Part shown: positions 52,025 through 63,386 of the stretch, piece by piece
Position numbering within the stretch: the first letter of the stretch is position 1
Layout: each line of letters starts with the position of its first letter
NCBI RefSeq assembly: GCF_006345805.1
Contig: NC_043025.1
Span: forward strand, 5,456,001-5,520,000
Direction: 5' to 3'
Source of the DNA: Octopus sinensis
Taxonomy: Eukaryota
Length of the DNA: 64,000 nt
Made by a program: the position numbers and the translations under genes
The notes under the pieces: model-generated
Database searches by the model: none
What the model was told of the DNA's origin: nothing
Seen by the model: only the letters and a program-made list of their open reading frames with translations

Positions 52025-52786
52025 GTTCCATTGATCGGATCAACTGGAACTCTCGATACAACTGAGTGGACTGGAGCAATGTGAAATAAAGCTTCTTGGT
52101 CAAGCACACAAGGTGTCACCGAGAATCGAACTCATGGCCTTGCGATTGTGAGCCAAATGCCCTTAACAACTAGGCCGTTCATTTCCACTCCTGTTACAGT
52201 GCATCATTGTTACCGAGCATGCTTCAGTCTGGCCTACTTCCCCGAGAGGTGTCACAGTCGACTTGGTGAGCATACTTTGGGTAGGTGTCTTCCGCTATAG
52301 CCCCGAGCCTAACTACCATGTAGTTAGGATATATATATATATATATATATAGGCATAGGAGTGGCTGTGTGCTTACCAACCACATGGTTCTGGGTTCAGT
52401 CCCACTGCTTGGCACCTTGGGCAAGTGTCTTCTGCTATAGCCTCGGGCCGACCAATGCCTTGTGAGTGTTGTTACAGTGCATCATTGTTACCGAGCATGC
52501 TTCAGTCTGGCCTACTTCCCCGAGAGGTGTCACAATCGACTTGGTGAGCATAGAGGCGCTTGCAGTTGGAACTGTGGTCTCTGATCATTTGCTTCTAATT
52601 CGAGAATTTTATTCATGGAGAAAAAAACACAAAAACACAAAAGGTCGTCTGTGTATGTAGGTGTGTTTGTGTATAAGCATGTTTTTGTGTGTGTGTGTGT
52701 TGTGTTCAAACACCGGAAATGAGAAAAGCAGTCGAGGGAATGAAAAATGTAGTTATAGACAAGCTTAGTGGAGCTTACCCATCTCG

Positions 52787-52819
<33 letters not shown>

Positions 52820-53038
52820 CAAGTAGGTGAACCTAGCAGACTGTTGCCTGTCTGTGTATCCAGGTGTACAATGGGATCTCATTATTATTATTATTATTCA
52901 TCGTTTAGTGTCTGTTTTCCATGCTAGCATGGGTTGGACGGTTCAACTGGGGTCTGGGAAGCCACAAGGCTGCACCAGGCCCCAGTCTCATCTGGCAATG
53001 TTTCTATAGCTGGATGCCCTTCCTAATGCCAACCAGTC

Positions 53039-54110
53039 GGGTTGGCGAAAGCGATGTGGTGGACAACGAAAAAACCTGGCTGATGACAGTCAAGGCCGAT
53101 CTGGAACCCAACCTACGAAGCAATTGCCCCAGCTCCCCTTCAGGGTTGGCGAAAGCGATGTGGTGGACAACGAAAAAGCTGGCTGATGACAGTCAAGGCT
53201 GATCTGGAACCCAACCTACGAAGCAATTGCCCCAGCTCCCCTTCAGGTTGGCGAAAGCGATGTGGTGGACAATGAAAAACCTGGCTGATGACAGTCAATG
53301 CTGATCTGGAACCCAACCTACGAAAGCAATTGCCCCGGCTCCCCTTCAGGGTTGGCGAAAGCGATGTGGTGGACAACGAAAAACCTGGCTGATGACAGTC
53401 AAGGCTGATCTGGAACCCAACCTACGAAGCAATTGCCCCAGCTCCGCTTCAGGGTTGGCGAAAGCGATGTGGTGGACAACGAAAAAGCTGGCTGATGACA
53501 GTCAAGGCTGATCTGGAACCCAACCTACGAAGCAATTGCCCCAGCTCCCCTTCAGGGTTGGCGAAAGCGATGTGGTGGACAACGAAAAAGCTGGCTGATG
53601 ACAGTCAAGGCTGATCTGGAACCCAACCTACGAAGCAATTGCCCCATCTCCCCTTCAGGGTTGGCGAAAGCGATATGGTGGACAATGAAAAACCTGGCTG
53701 ATCTGGAACCCAACCTACGAAGCAATTGCCCCAGCTCCCCTTCAGGGTTGGCGAAAGCGATGTGGTGGACAACGAAAAACCTGGCTGATGACAGTCAAGG
53801 CTGATCTGGAACCCAACCTACAAAGCAATTGCCCCAGCTCCCCTTCAGGGTTGGTGAAAGCGATGTGGTGGACAACGAAAAACCTGGCTGATCTGGAACC
53901 CAACCTACGAAGCAATTGCCCCGGTTCCCCTTCAGGGTTGGCGAAAGCGATGTGGTGGACAACGAAAAACCTGGCTGATGACAGTCAAGGCTGATCTGGA
54001 ACCCAACCTACGAAGCAATTGCCCCAGCTCCCCTTCAGGGTTGGCGAAAGCGATGTGGTGGACAACGAAAAACCTGGCTGATGACAGTCAAGGCTGATCT
54101 GGAACCCAAC
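53039..54110 (+). repeat. 103-bp minisatellite (11 units, two 87-bp variants) derived from RTE ORF2
   Basis: gttggcgaaa starts at 53041, 53145, 53247, 53351, 53454, 53557, 53660, 53747, 53850, 53937 and 54040. Confidence 0.92.
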
Positions 54111-54279
54111 CTAGGCCCCCATATCTACGGCGTTCGCTGCTGGAATAAGGAGTGGTTGGAGATCACGCGGTCGTTTGCCTCAAATCGCCAGGCCTGGTCG
54201 GCGTTTGTGAGAGATGCAGCATTGAGGATGAATGAAGCCAGCTCAACCCACCCTGGGTGAATGCTGTAAGAAGAATAAA
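54012..54279 (+). mobile_element. RTE-clade LINE C-terminus (open 82 codons to TGA at 54258-54260) and short tail
   Basis: EAIAPAPLQGWRKRCGGQRKTWLMTVKADLEPNLGPHIYGVRCWNKEWLEITRSFASNRQAWSAFVRDAALRMNEASSTHPG*; WRKRxGGQxKTW...DRxxW-type ending of RTE ORF2. Confidence 0.75.
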
Positions 54280-54764
54280 CTCAATACATCTCAACTGAAA
54301 ATAGTTCCAGACATGACATTCCTCACCAAAAGACAGATTGATATATAAAATCGCTTTCTGCAATTAACGGTAATGAAATTTCGAGTGGATGTATGTGACT
54401 TGGGATTGAACCTGGACTCGTGTGGTTGAGAAGCAAGCTTGCTTCTTAACCTCACGGCCACGCCTGGCTAAGTGACACTTAGCCGATCTTGACCCGTTCC
54501 TGTGATGCCAAGAGGACCAAGAAAGCAGCAGTAACAAGGAGCTGCAAAGTATATAGTCATGATGGAGGGGATGGTGTGGCGATGGTGGTGGTGGTGACGG
54601 TGGTGACGGTGGTGGTGGTGACGGTGGTGGTGGATGGGTATACAGGTGTGATGATGATGATGATGGTGGTGGTGGTCATGGTGATCATAACCACAAAGCT
54701 GTGAAAGAGGAAGAAGCAAATGGGGTGGTGGTGGTGGTGGTGGTGGTGGATGGGTATACAAGTG

Positions 54765-54795
<31 letters not shown>

Positions 54796-55493
54796 CATGG
54801 TGATCATAACCACGAAGCTGTGAAAGAGGAAGAAGCAAGTGGGGTGGTGAGAGGAAAATGATGATGGTGACCCAGGGACCTACATAACTAACCCAAGGTA
54901 ATTATCTCTCAACTGTTGCTAAATATAGATCATGTGACTCGCTGCCGCTGCCACCCCGCCCCCACCCCGTCGCCGATACTCCCCTCCCTCTCTACTCCCC
55001 CCATCCGCCCACCCCGCCCCGCCCCCTTTCTCTCTCTCTCATTCCCTCCGCCAAAGAACACACTACACTGTTTCTCAGTGGTTGCTTCCTTCACACACCA
55101 CCCCACCACCACCGCCGCCGCCACCACCGACTGCCCTACTACCCCACTCCAAGTGGCGGCGGCGGTGGTGTCACACTTGTTTCTTAAAAGATGTCTTCCT
55201 TTGTTTTTGCTCCTTCAGCGCATCCAGATCCTTCCTCCTGATAACCCCCCAACCCCTCTCCCTCCCGCCCCCTCTCTCTCTCTCACTCTCTCTCTCTCTC
55301 TGTCTTTTACTTTCTCTCCTTATCTATCTTTCTATTTCCCAACATTTCTCTCTCCTCTTTCTATCTCTCTATTTCTTCTCTCTCCTCTCTATTTCTCTCT
55401 CTCTCTCTCTCCCTCTGGCTTTTTCTCTGTTTCCCAACATTTTTCTCTCTTTCTTACTATCACTCTCTCTCTCTCCTCCTCTATATCTGTTTC

Positions 55494-55530
<37 letters not shown>

Positions 55531-55663
55531 ACCTCCCACCATTCATTCACTCCTTCAGTATCTCTCTCATTACTTCTCTTCATCTCTTACTCTCTTTCTC
55601 TTCAACTTACCTCTCTCCCTCTCACTACCATTTATTCTCTCACTATCTCTCTATCTATCTATC

Positions 55664-55763
55664 NNNNNNNNNNNNNNNNNNNNNNNNNNNNNNNNNNNNN
55701 NNNNNNNNNNNNNNNNNNNNNNNNNNNNNNNNNNNNNNNNNNNNNNNNNNNNNNNNNNNNNNN
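55664..55763. other. Assembly gap (100 N placeholder, true size unknown)
   Basis: Exactly 100 Ns, preceded by a (CT)n-rich tract. Confidence 0.99.
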
Positions 55764-55860
55764 TTCGCTAAGATCCGGCCCTCGTGTTCTGTTCTGTTAT
55801 ATTCGGTGTTCAATTTCTGCTGCAATTATATTTCGTATATTATTATATATTCGGCATTCC

Positions 55861-56285
55861 GGCGATCTTTCGTCTCTAGTAGACCTTTCCGTCGATTTCC
55901 GTAAAAATTTTTTTTTTTTTACATATGGGCTTGCGGGAACTTTTGAAGTATATACATACATATACATATACACCGAGTAAAAAATTCCAGTTATCTCTTT
56001 CTTTCACACATTACTCTGTCTCTCACACACACACTAACAGAAGCACTTCACTTACACAACATATACTGTCTGTCTCCCACACCCCATCAAACACACACAC
56101 ACACACAGTACATCAATGCTTCCCATGCACGGTAACTTCAAAAGAACTTCCCTCGTCATACAATCGCTTTCTCTTAGTCTCTTTCGCTCTCATTACTTCA
56201 AAAGTTCCCTCAAGCCCATATGTAAAAAAAAAAAAATTTGTTTACGGAAATCGACGGAAAGGTCTACTAGAGACGAAAGATTGCC
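55861..56285. mobile_element. MITE with ~90-bp TIRs, copy 1, flanked by a 32-bp direct repeat
   Basis: GGCGATCTTTCGTCTCTAGTAGACC...GGTCTACTAGAGACGAAAGATTGCC; flanks 55829-55860 and 56286-56317 are identical. Confidence 0.85.
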
Positions 56286-56396
56286 TATTTCGTATATTAT
56301 TATATATTCGGCATTCCTTTGTGGCCTTTAATACTGTAGATCAGGACATTTAGTAAATGTACTCGATTTTCTTCCTTTCAAATCAAGGGGTTAGCG

Positions 56397-57087
56397 GGTA
56401 CTACTCGAGAACAGTGGTCCCGGTGCGCGCACTCGCGTAGCCGCGCTAGCTAGTCGTGACTAGTCGATCCTACAACGACTAGCTAGCAAAGTAAATAAAA
56501 CACAAAATAAATAATTTTTTTTTGGTGGGGGAGGGCGGGGGGCGATCCTTCGGTATAGGTACCGTAAGTGGCTTTGTTTACATTTCTGAAGATAACACAA
56601 ACCCCTAACCCTAACCCCCCATATATATATATATAAAAAAAAAAAAACACTTTCTTGAAATGTATCCGGTACTTCCGGTACCTATACCGAAGTTACGCCT
56701 TTTTTTTTTTACACAAAGTAAATAATTTTTGTTAAACAAAGTAAATAAAACACAAAAACACTAAATAATTTTTTAAACAAAGTAAATAAATGGCGGTGCC
56801 CCAGCATGGCCACAGCTCGTGAGCTGAAACTAGATAAAAAAAAACAAATACACAAAGTCACTTAGCGGTTCGGCAAAAAGAGACCGATAGAATAAGTACA
56901 GGGCTTACAAAAAGAATAAGTCCCGGGGTCGAGTTGCTCGACTAAAGGCGGTGCTCCAGCATGGCCGCAGTCAAATGACTTGAAACAAGTAAAAGAGTAA
57001 AGTAAGGATCGATTAGTCATGACTAGCTAGCGCGGATGTGCGAGTACGCGAGTGCGCGCACCGGGACCACTGTTCTCGAGTAGTACC
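56397..57087. mobile_element. CpG-rich foldback element with nested inner inverted repeat and inserted SINE 3' pieces
   Basis: Outer arms 56397-56471 and 57005-57087; inner 22-bp arms 56548-56569 and 56671-56692 around ccctaaccctaaccc. Confidence 0.7.
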
Positions 57088-57394
57088 GGTGTTAACGTTG
57101 GCATAAATAAATATATTTGGGGTTAATTGGTTAAGGAAAGTTTCCCGACTCCTGTTGAGGTCGTTCTGCAGCTATTTCTAGCAGGTCCGTGCATCGTTAT
57201 TGTGGCTCGTGTCAAGTGAGATAGGGTTGACCTTTGGATTAATGTAAGGGAATTTTGCAGCGGAATTTCGATGGTGAAATCAGGTGATTGCGTTGTATAA
57301 AAGGTTTACTTGAAATGCAGAAATGTAAATAAAATATTGTTTACTTCGGAGAGAGAGACCAAAAAAATTAACTCGTTTTAGAAGCACGTGTAAT

Positions 57395-57816
57395 GGCGAT
57401 CTTTCGTCTCTAGTAGACCTTTCCGTCGATTTCCGTAAAAAAATTTTTTGTTTTTTACATATGGGCTTGCGGGAACTTTTGAAGTAATATACATACATAT
57501 ACACATACACCGAGTAAAATATTTCAGTTATCTCTCTCTTTCACACATTACTCTGTCTCTTCACACACACTAACAGAAGCACTTCACTTACACAACATAC
57601 TGTCTGTCTCCCCACCCCTCAAACACCACACACCACACATGTACATCAATGCTTTCCATGCACGGTAACTTCAAAAGAACTTCCCTCGTCATACAATCGC
57701 TTTCTCTTAGTCTCTTTCGCTCTCATTACTTCAAAGTTCCCGCAAGCCCATATGTTAAAAAAAAAAATTTGTTTACGGAAATCGACGGAAAGGTCTACTA
57801 GAGACGAAAGATCGCC
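57395..57816. mobile_element. MITE copy 2 with 8-bp target duplication (Merlin-like or other 8-bp-TSD family)
   Basis: cgtgtaat at 57387-57394 and 57817-57824; GG termini plus an 8-bp TSD fit Merlin (inference). Confidence 0.8.
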
Positions 57817-58110
57817 CGTGTAATTATGCAACTGGGCAAAATTAACAATATTATTTCATTTACTCTTTTATTCGTTTCAGTCATTTTGACTGTGGCCATG
57901 CTGGAGCACCGCCTTCAGTCGAGGAAATCGACCCCGGGACTTATTCTTTGTAAGCCTAGTACTTATTCTATCGGTCTCTTTTGCCGAACTGCTAAGCTAC
58001 GGTGACGTAAACACAGCACCATCAGTTGTCAAGCGATGTTGGGGTGGGGGGGCAAACACAGACACACAAACATATATATATATATATACGTATATATATA
58101 TATATATATA

Positions 58111-60436
58111 TCGTCGTCGTCATCATCGTCGTTTAACGTCCGTTCTCCATGCTAGCATGGGTTGGACGGTTCGACCGGGGTTCTGGGAGCCAGAAGGCTG
58201 CACCAGGCTCCAGTCTAATTGGCAATGTTTCTACAGCTGGATGCCCTTCCTAACGCCAACCACTCCGTGAGTGTAGTGGGTGCTTTTACGTGCCACCTCA
58301 CAGGTGCCAGGCGGGGCTGGCAACGGCCACGGTCAGATTGGTGTATTTTATGTGCCACCGGCACGGAAGCCAGTCGAGGCGGTGCTGGCATCGGCCACGA
58401 GTCGGATAGTGCTTTTTACGTACCACCAGACCAGGGATCCTGGCTGGTTCAATTCGATTTCGATTTCCCCAACATGTCTTCACAAGCAAAGGGGGTTGGC
58501 AAGGGTGCCTGTCGTACGGTCGCATTGGAGTATTCTACGTGCCACACGGCCACGAGTCGGATAGTGCTTTACGTACCACCAGACCAGGGATCCTGGCTGG
58601 TTCAATTCGATTTCGATTTCGATTTCGCTTGCCCCAACATGTCTTCACAAGCAAAGGGGGTTGGCTTGGGTGCCTGTCGTACGGTCGCATTGGAGTATTT
58701 TACGTGCCACGGCCCCGAGTCGGATAGTGCTTTTTACGTACCACCAGGCCAGGGATCCTGGCTGGTTCAATTCGGTTTCAATTTCGCTTGCCCCAACATG
58801 TCTTCGCAGGCATGGGGAGTTGGGATGGGTGTCTGTCGTCGGATGAGGTTCTATATCGCTTCGCTTGCCTCAACCGGTCTTTGTGTCCAAGGAGGAAAGG
58901 CATTCATAAGTGGGCTGGCTCACTTGTCCTGCCTGGTCTTCTCACGTACAGAATATTTCCAAAGGTCTCGGTCTCTGGTCATTTCCTCAGTGAGGCCTAA
59001 AGTTCGAAGGTCGTGCTTCACCACCTCGTCCCAGGTTTTCCTGGGTCTACCTCTTCCACGGGTTCCCTCAACTGCTAGGGATTGGCACTTTCTCACACAC
59101 CTATCTTCATCCATTCTCGCCACATGACCATACCAGCGCAATCGTCTCTCTTGCACACCACAACTGATGCTTCTTAGGTACAACATTTCTCTCAAGGTGC
59201 TAACGCTCTGTCGAGTATGTACACTGACATTACACATCCATCGGAGCATACTGGCTTCATTCCTCACGAGCTTACGCATGTCCTCAGCAGTCACAGCCCA
59301 TGTTTCGCTGCCATGTAGCATGGCTGTTCGTACACACGCATCATACAGTCTGCCTTTTACTCTGAGCGAGAGGCCTTTAGTCACCAGCAGAGGTAAGAGC
59401 TCCCTAAACTTTGCCCAGGCTATTCTTATTCTAGCAGTTACACTTTCAGCGCCCCACCCCCACTACTGACTTGGTCACCTAGATAACGAAGCTATCAACT
59501 ACTTCTAGTTTTTCCCCCTGGAAAGTGACGGAAGTTGTTTTCTGCAGATTTTCGGAGGTTAATGCTCCCAAGCATCTGCCACATACAAAAACTATCTTCC
59601 AGTTAGCCTACCTTTGACATTGCTGCACCTCTTATGTGTCCATAGCTTACACTGGGTACATCTTATAGAGTTTCTACCTACACCTTTTCTACAGATCGAG
59701 CAGGGCCATCTTCCTGAAGATATTTGTGGATTGTCTACCTTTCTACTTATTAGTACTTTGGTTTTAGCTAGGTTGACTCTAAGGCCCCTTGATTCTAAAC
59801 CCTCCTTCCACACCTGGAACTTCTCCTCCAGTTCTGATAGTGACTCAGCAATAAGAGCAAGGTCGTCAGCGTAGAGGAGCTCCCAGGGACAGCCTGTCTT
59901 GAATTCCTCCGTAATTGCCTGGAGTACTATGATAAATAGGAGGGGGCTGAGTACTGAACCTGGTGGACCCAACCTCTACTTTGAATTCTTCTGTGTACAT
60001 GTTGCCAACCCTAACCTTACTTACGGCATCTCTGTACATGGCTTGCACAGTCCTCACCAGCCATTCATCTATCCCTAGTTTCCTCATTGACCACCAGATA
60101 AGGGATCGGGGGACCCTATCAAAAGCTTTCTCCATGTCAACGAAAGCCAGGTACAGGGGCTTATCTTTGGCTAGGTATTTCTCTCTGCAGCTGCCTTACC
60201 AGGAATATAGCATCAGTGGTACTTTTCCCTGGCACGAACCCAAACTGCATCTCATCTAAACTAACTCTCTCTCTAATTAGTTGGGCTATGACCCTCTCCG
60301 TAACCTTCATTACTTGATCCAACAGCTTGATACCTCTGTAATTATTTGTATCTAGGGCATCACCTTTACCTTTGTAGCAGTTGACTAGTATGCTGCTGCA
60401 CCAGTCATTGGGTATGACTCCTTCGTGTATCACCTG
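58111..60436 (-). mobile_element. 5'-truncated, frameshifted RTE-type LINE with most of the RT domain
   Basis: YRGIKLL, QFGFVPGKSTTDAIF, MEKAFDRVPR, GSVLSPLLF, LLYADDL, Cys-rich domain and the same C-terminus as 26804; split over three ORF-track frames; (TA)n on both sides. Confidence 0.93.
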
Positions 60437-60442
60437 TATATA

Positions 60443-60487
<45 letters not shown>

Positions 60488-60566
60488 TATATATATATAT
60501 ATACGTATATATATATACGTATATATATATATATATACGTATATATATATCTATATATATATATAT

Positions 60567-60680
60567 TGTAAAGTATAGAAGCCATCTTATCATGGCTAAC
60601 CACATTGGGGAGGGGGTGTTACTGTAGCTACCCCCTCCCCAATGTGGTTAGCCATGATAAGATGGCTTCTATACTTTACA
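60567..60680. repeat. Perfect 51-bp-arm hairpin, 12-nt loop
   Basis: 60567-60617 is the exact reverse complement of 60630-60680. Confidence 0.95.
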
Positions 60681-61067
60681 TTATCGAGCGATACTGTTTC
60701 AATCTCATTCTGAGATTTAATTATGCTATATATATATATACACACATATATATATATATACATATATACGACAGGCTTCTTTCAGTTTCCGTCTACCATA
60801 TCCACTCACAAGGCTTTGGTCGGCCTGAGGCTATAGTAGAAGACACTTACCCAAGGTGCCACGCAGTGGGACTGAACCCGGAACTATGTGGTTGGTAAGC
60901 AAGCTCCGTACCACACGGCCACTCCTGCGCCTATTAGAAATAAAATAAATATTATTTTCAGATATAAGGAGTTTGTCTTAAAATGTTACACGTAAAAACG
61001 TTTAGGTAATTTAGTATTTAATTATAAGATGTAACGACATTTCTAGAACCAGCAGAAATTGTACTCT

Positions 61068-61552
61068 TCATCATCATCGTTTAACGTCCGTTTTCTACGC
61101 TAGCATGGGTTGGACGGTTCAACTGGGGTCTGGGAAGCCAGAATGCTGCGCCAGGCCCAATCTGATCTGGCAGTGTTTCTACAGCTGGATGCCCTTCCTA
61201 ACGCCAACCACTCCATGAGTGTAGTGGGTGCTTTTTACGTTCCACCAGACGAGGCTGGCAAACGGCCACAATCGGATGGTGCATTTTATGTGCCACTGGC
61301 ACGGGGCCAGACGAGGCTGGCAAACGGCCACGATTGGATGGTGCTTTTTACGTGCCACCGGCATGGAGGCCAGTCGGGCGGCGCTGGCAATGGCCATGTT
61401 CGGATGGCTCTCTTACGTGCCATCGGCACTGGTATCACAGCTACAATTTCCATTGATGTTGATTGATTTTGATTTCGATTTTCACTTGCCTCAACAGGTC
61501 TTCACAAGTAGGGTTTGTGTCACAAGAAGGAAAGGTATGCATAAGTGGGCTT
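61068..61552 (-). mobile_element. RTE-type 3' UTR/tail fragment
   Basis: (CAT)n plus conserved UTR as in the other copies. Confidence 0.8.
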
Positions 61553-62034
61553 ATAATTAAGCAGTACCCTGGTTGGTGTACCTACGCAATTGTGCACCCT
61601 CCCCCGCTCAATTTGTTTACTCATAATTTCCAGAAAAATGCATATTTTTTAATGAAATTTTCTACAATTTTCTGGGGTCTTGAAGAATTTTTATTCAAAC
61701 GAATCAACCCTAGTATTTGTGATTTGTAAAGCCTGGTGCTTATTCTGTTGGTTGCTTTTGCTGAACTGCTAAGTTACAGGAATGTAAACACACCAACACC
61801 GGGGGACATTCACGTACACAAAGACACACACACAATGGGCTTCTTTCAGTTTCCATCCGCCAAATTCACTTGCAAGATTGTGGTCAGCTTTCTAGAAACA
61901 CTGTCTGAAAACAAGAGAAGATGGTAATAGTTTGAAAGTTTTTACCTAATCAGGACTCACCAAGATGGAGGTGAGGTAACAGCAACGATACCTTTACCAT
62001 GCCGTGTTTTATTCACATAGGTTTTTATTAATTA

Positions 62035-63055
62035 CTAGCAGTATAGGTGCAGGAGTGGCTGTGTGGTAAGTAGCTTGCTAAACAACCACATGGTTCCGGG
62101 TTCAGTCCCACTGCGTGGCATCTTGGGCAAGTGTCTTCTGCTATAGCCCGGGCCGACCAATGCCTTGTGAGTGGATTTGGTAGACGGAAACTGAAAGAAG
62201 CCTGTCGTATATATGTATATATATGTATGTGTGTGTGTTTGTGTGTCTGTGTTTGTCCCCCTAGCATTGCTTGACAACCGATGCTGGTGTGTTTACGTCC
62301 CCGTCACTTAGCGGTTCGGCAAAAGAGACTGATAGAATAAGTACTGGGCTTACAAAGAATAAGTCCCGGGGTCGATTTGCTCGACTAAAGGTGGTGCTCC
62401 AGCATGGCCGCAGTCAAATGACTGAAACAAGTAAAAGAGAAAAGAGTAAAGAGAGAGTATCGCCTGGCGTTGCTCGGGTTTGTAAGGGAAATAACTATAA
62501 GCATTTTTAGAGAGTTACTTCCCTTATATAACCCAAGCAAAAATCATTAAAAATGCGGAAAAATGATGGTAAATCTTTTTTTTTAAACGTAGACTCATTG
62601 TAGACACGTGCTAATGCCCAGAAGGGCTTGATATGAATGACGACTATAAGATACCTGCTTTTGGTTAAACTGCACCGCAAAATGTGGGAGTAGTTAGGAA
62701 TCTAAATCGTAGGAGACAGATGCACAACCTTACTTTTATATATAAAGACTAACAGTATTGCCCGGCGTTGCTCGGGTTTGTAAGGGAAATAACTATATAA
62801 GCATTTTTAGAGAGTTACTTCCCTTATTTAATAGCAAAAAAATGCATTAAAAATGGGAAAAAATTATGGCAAATTTTTTTTTAAATCGTAGACTCATTGT
62901 AGACGCGTGCTAATACCCAGAAGGGCTCGATATGAATGATGACTATAAGATACCCGCTTTTGGTTAAACTGCACCACAAAATGTGGGAGTAGTTAGGAAT
63001 CTAAATCGGAGGAGACAGAGTCTCACACACACAACTTCAATTTTATATATAAAGA
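62035..63055 (-). mobile_element. Head-to-tail Helitron dimer (62035-62748, 62749-63055); first copy interrupted by a family A SINE (about 62045-62460, +)
   Basis: Junction tataaaga|ctaacagtattgcccggcg; ctagcagtat is separated from cgcctggcgttgctcggg by the SINE. Confidence 0.75.
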
Positions 63056-63070
63056 TAATTAATTTTTTCG

Positions 63071-63322
63071 TGACGTATATTTGCCATGTAAATATGGCTA
63101 ACCCCTAAGGGTGGATGCTACTGTAGTTTGTAGCCCCAGGAAGATATCTCCTCCAGCTGGCTATAGACACACTTTCTGTTCCCTATCAGTGTTTGCAAAA
63201 GGAAGCCCAATACCCAGAAAGTGTGTCTATGGCCAGCTGGAGGAGGTGTCCTCCTGGGGCTACAAACTACAGTAGCATCCACCCTTAGGGGTTAGCCATA
63301 TTTAAATGGCAAATATACGTCA
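63071..63322. repeat. 108-bp-arm foldback (few mismatches, 36-nt loop)
   Basis: 63071-63178 pairs with 63215-63322. Confidence 0.9.
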
Positions 63323-63386
63323 AGATGTGTTGCAGCTACTGTTTATAACTAGCTCTGAGATTTATAATTAAGTTTTTAAATTACAG

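Noticed and set aside
53039-54110. Hammerhead ribozyme (CTGATGA and GAAA both occur in the unit); also ctgatgc in the 139-bp unit
   Set aside because: The short stem after CTGATGA is followed by atct rather than GAAA, so the core geometry fails; the sequence is explained as RTE coding DNA. A covariance-model search was not run.
54927-55060. ag|ATCATGTG... (D-H-V-T-R-C-R-C-H) as the next NUP88 exon
   Set aside because: The phase fits, but there is no polypyrimidine tract, the match to the expected NUP88 segment is poor, and it runs into low-complexity sequence.
54916-55980. 354-aa and 229-aa ORFs
   Set aside because: (CT)n low-complexity sequence read through the N gap.
56600-56620. Telomere or interstitial telomeric array
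   Set aside because: Only about 2-3 CCCTAA units, inside a foldback element.
58219-59127. 302-aa plus-strand ORF (also 27333..27611)
   Set aside because: Antisense shadow of the RTE LINE and its UTR.
60962-61005. 44-nt AG/GT-bounded segment as a NUP88 or BOLA2 exon
   Set aside because: It has a stop in the NUP88 frame, the wrong phase for BOLA2 and no similarity; it could be a UTR exon but cannot be supported.
61911-61980. ATG|gtaata and ATGGAG|gtgagg as a BOLA2 first exon
   Set aside because: They would omit the ~20-residue N-terminal helix expected before EVIDVS, and no supporting exon was found.
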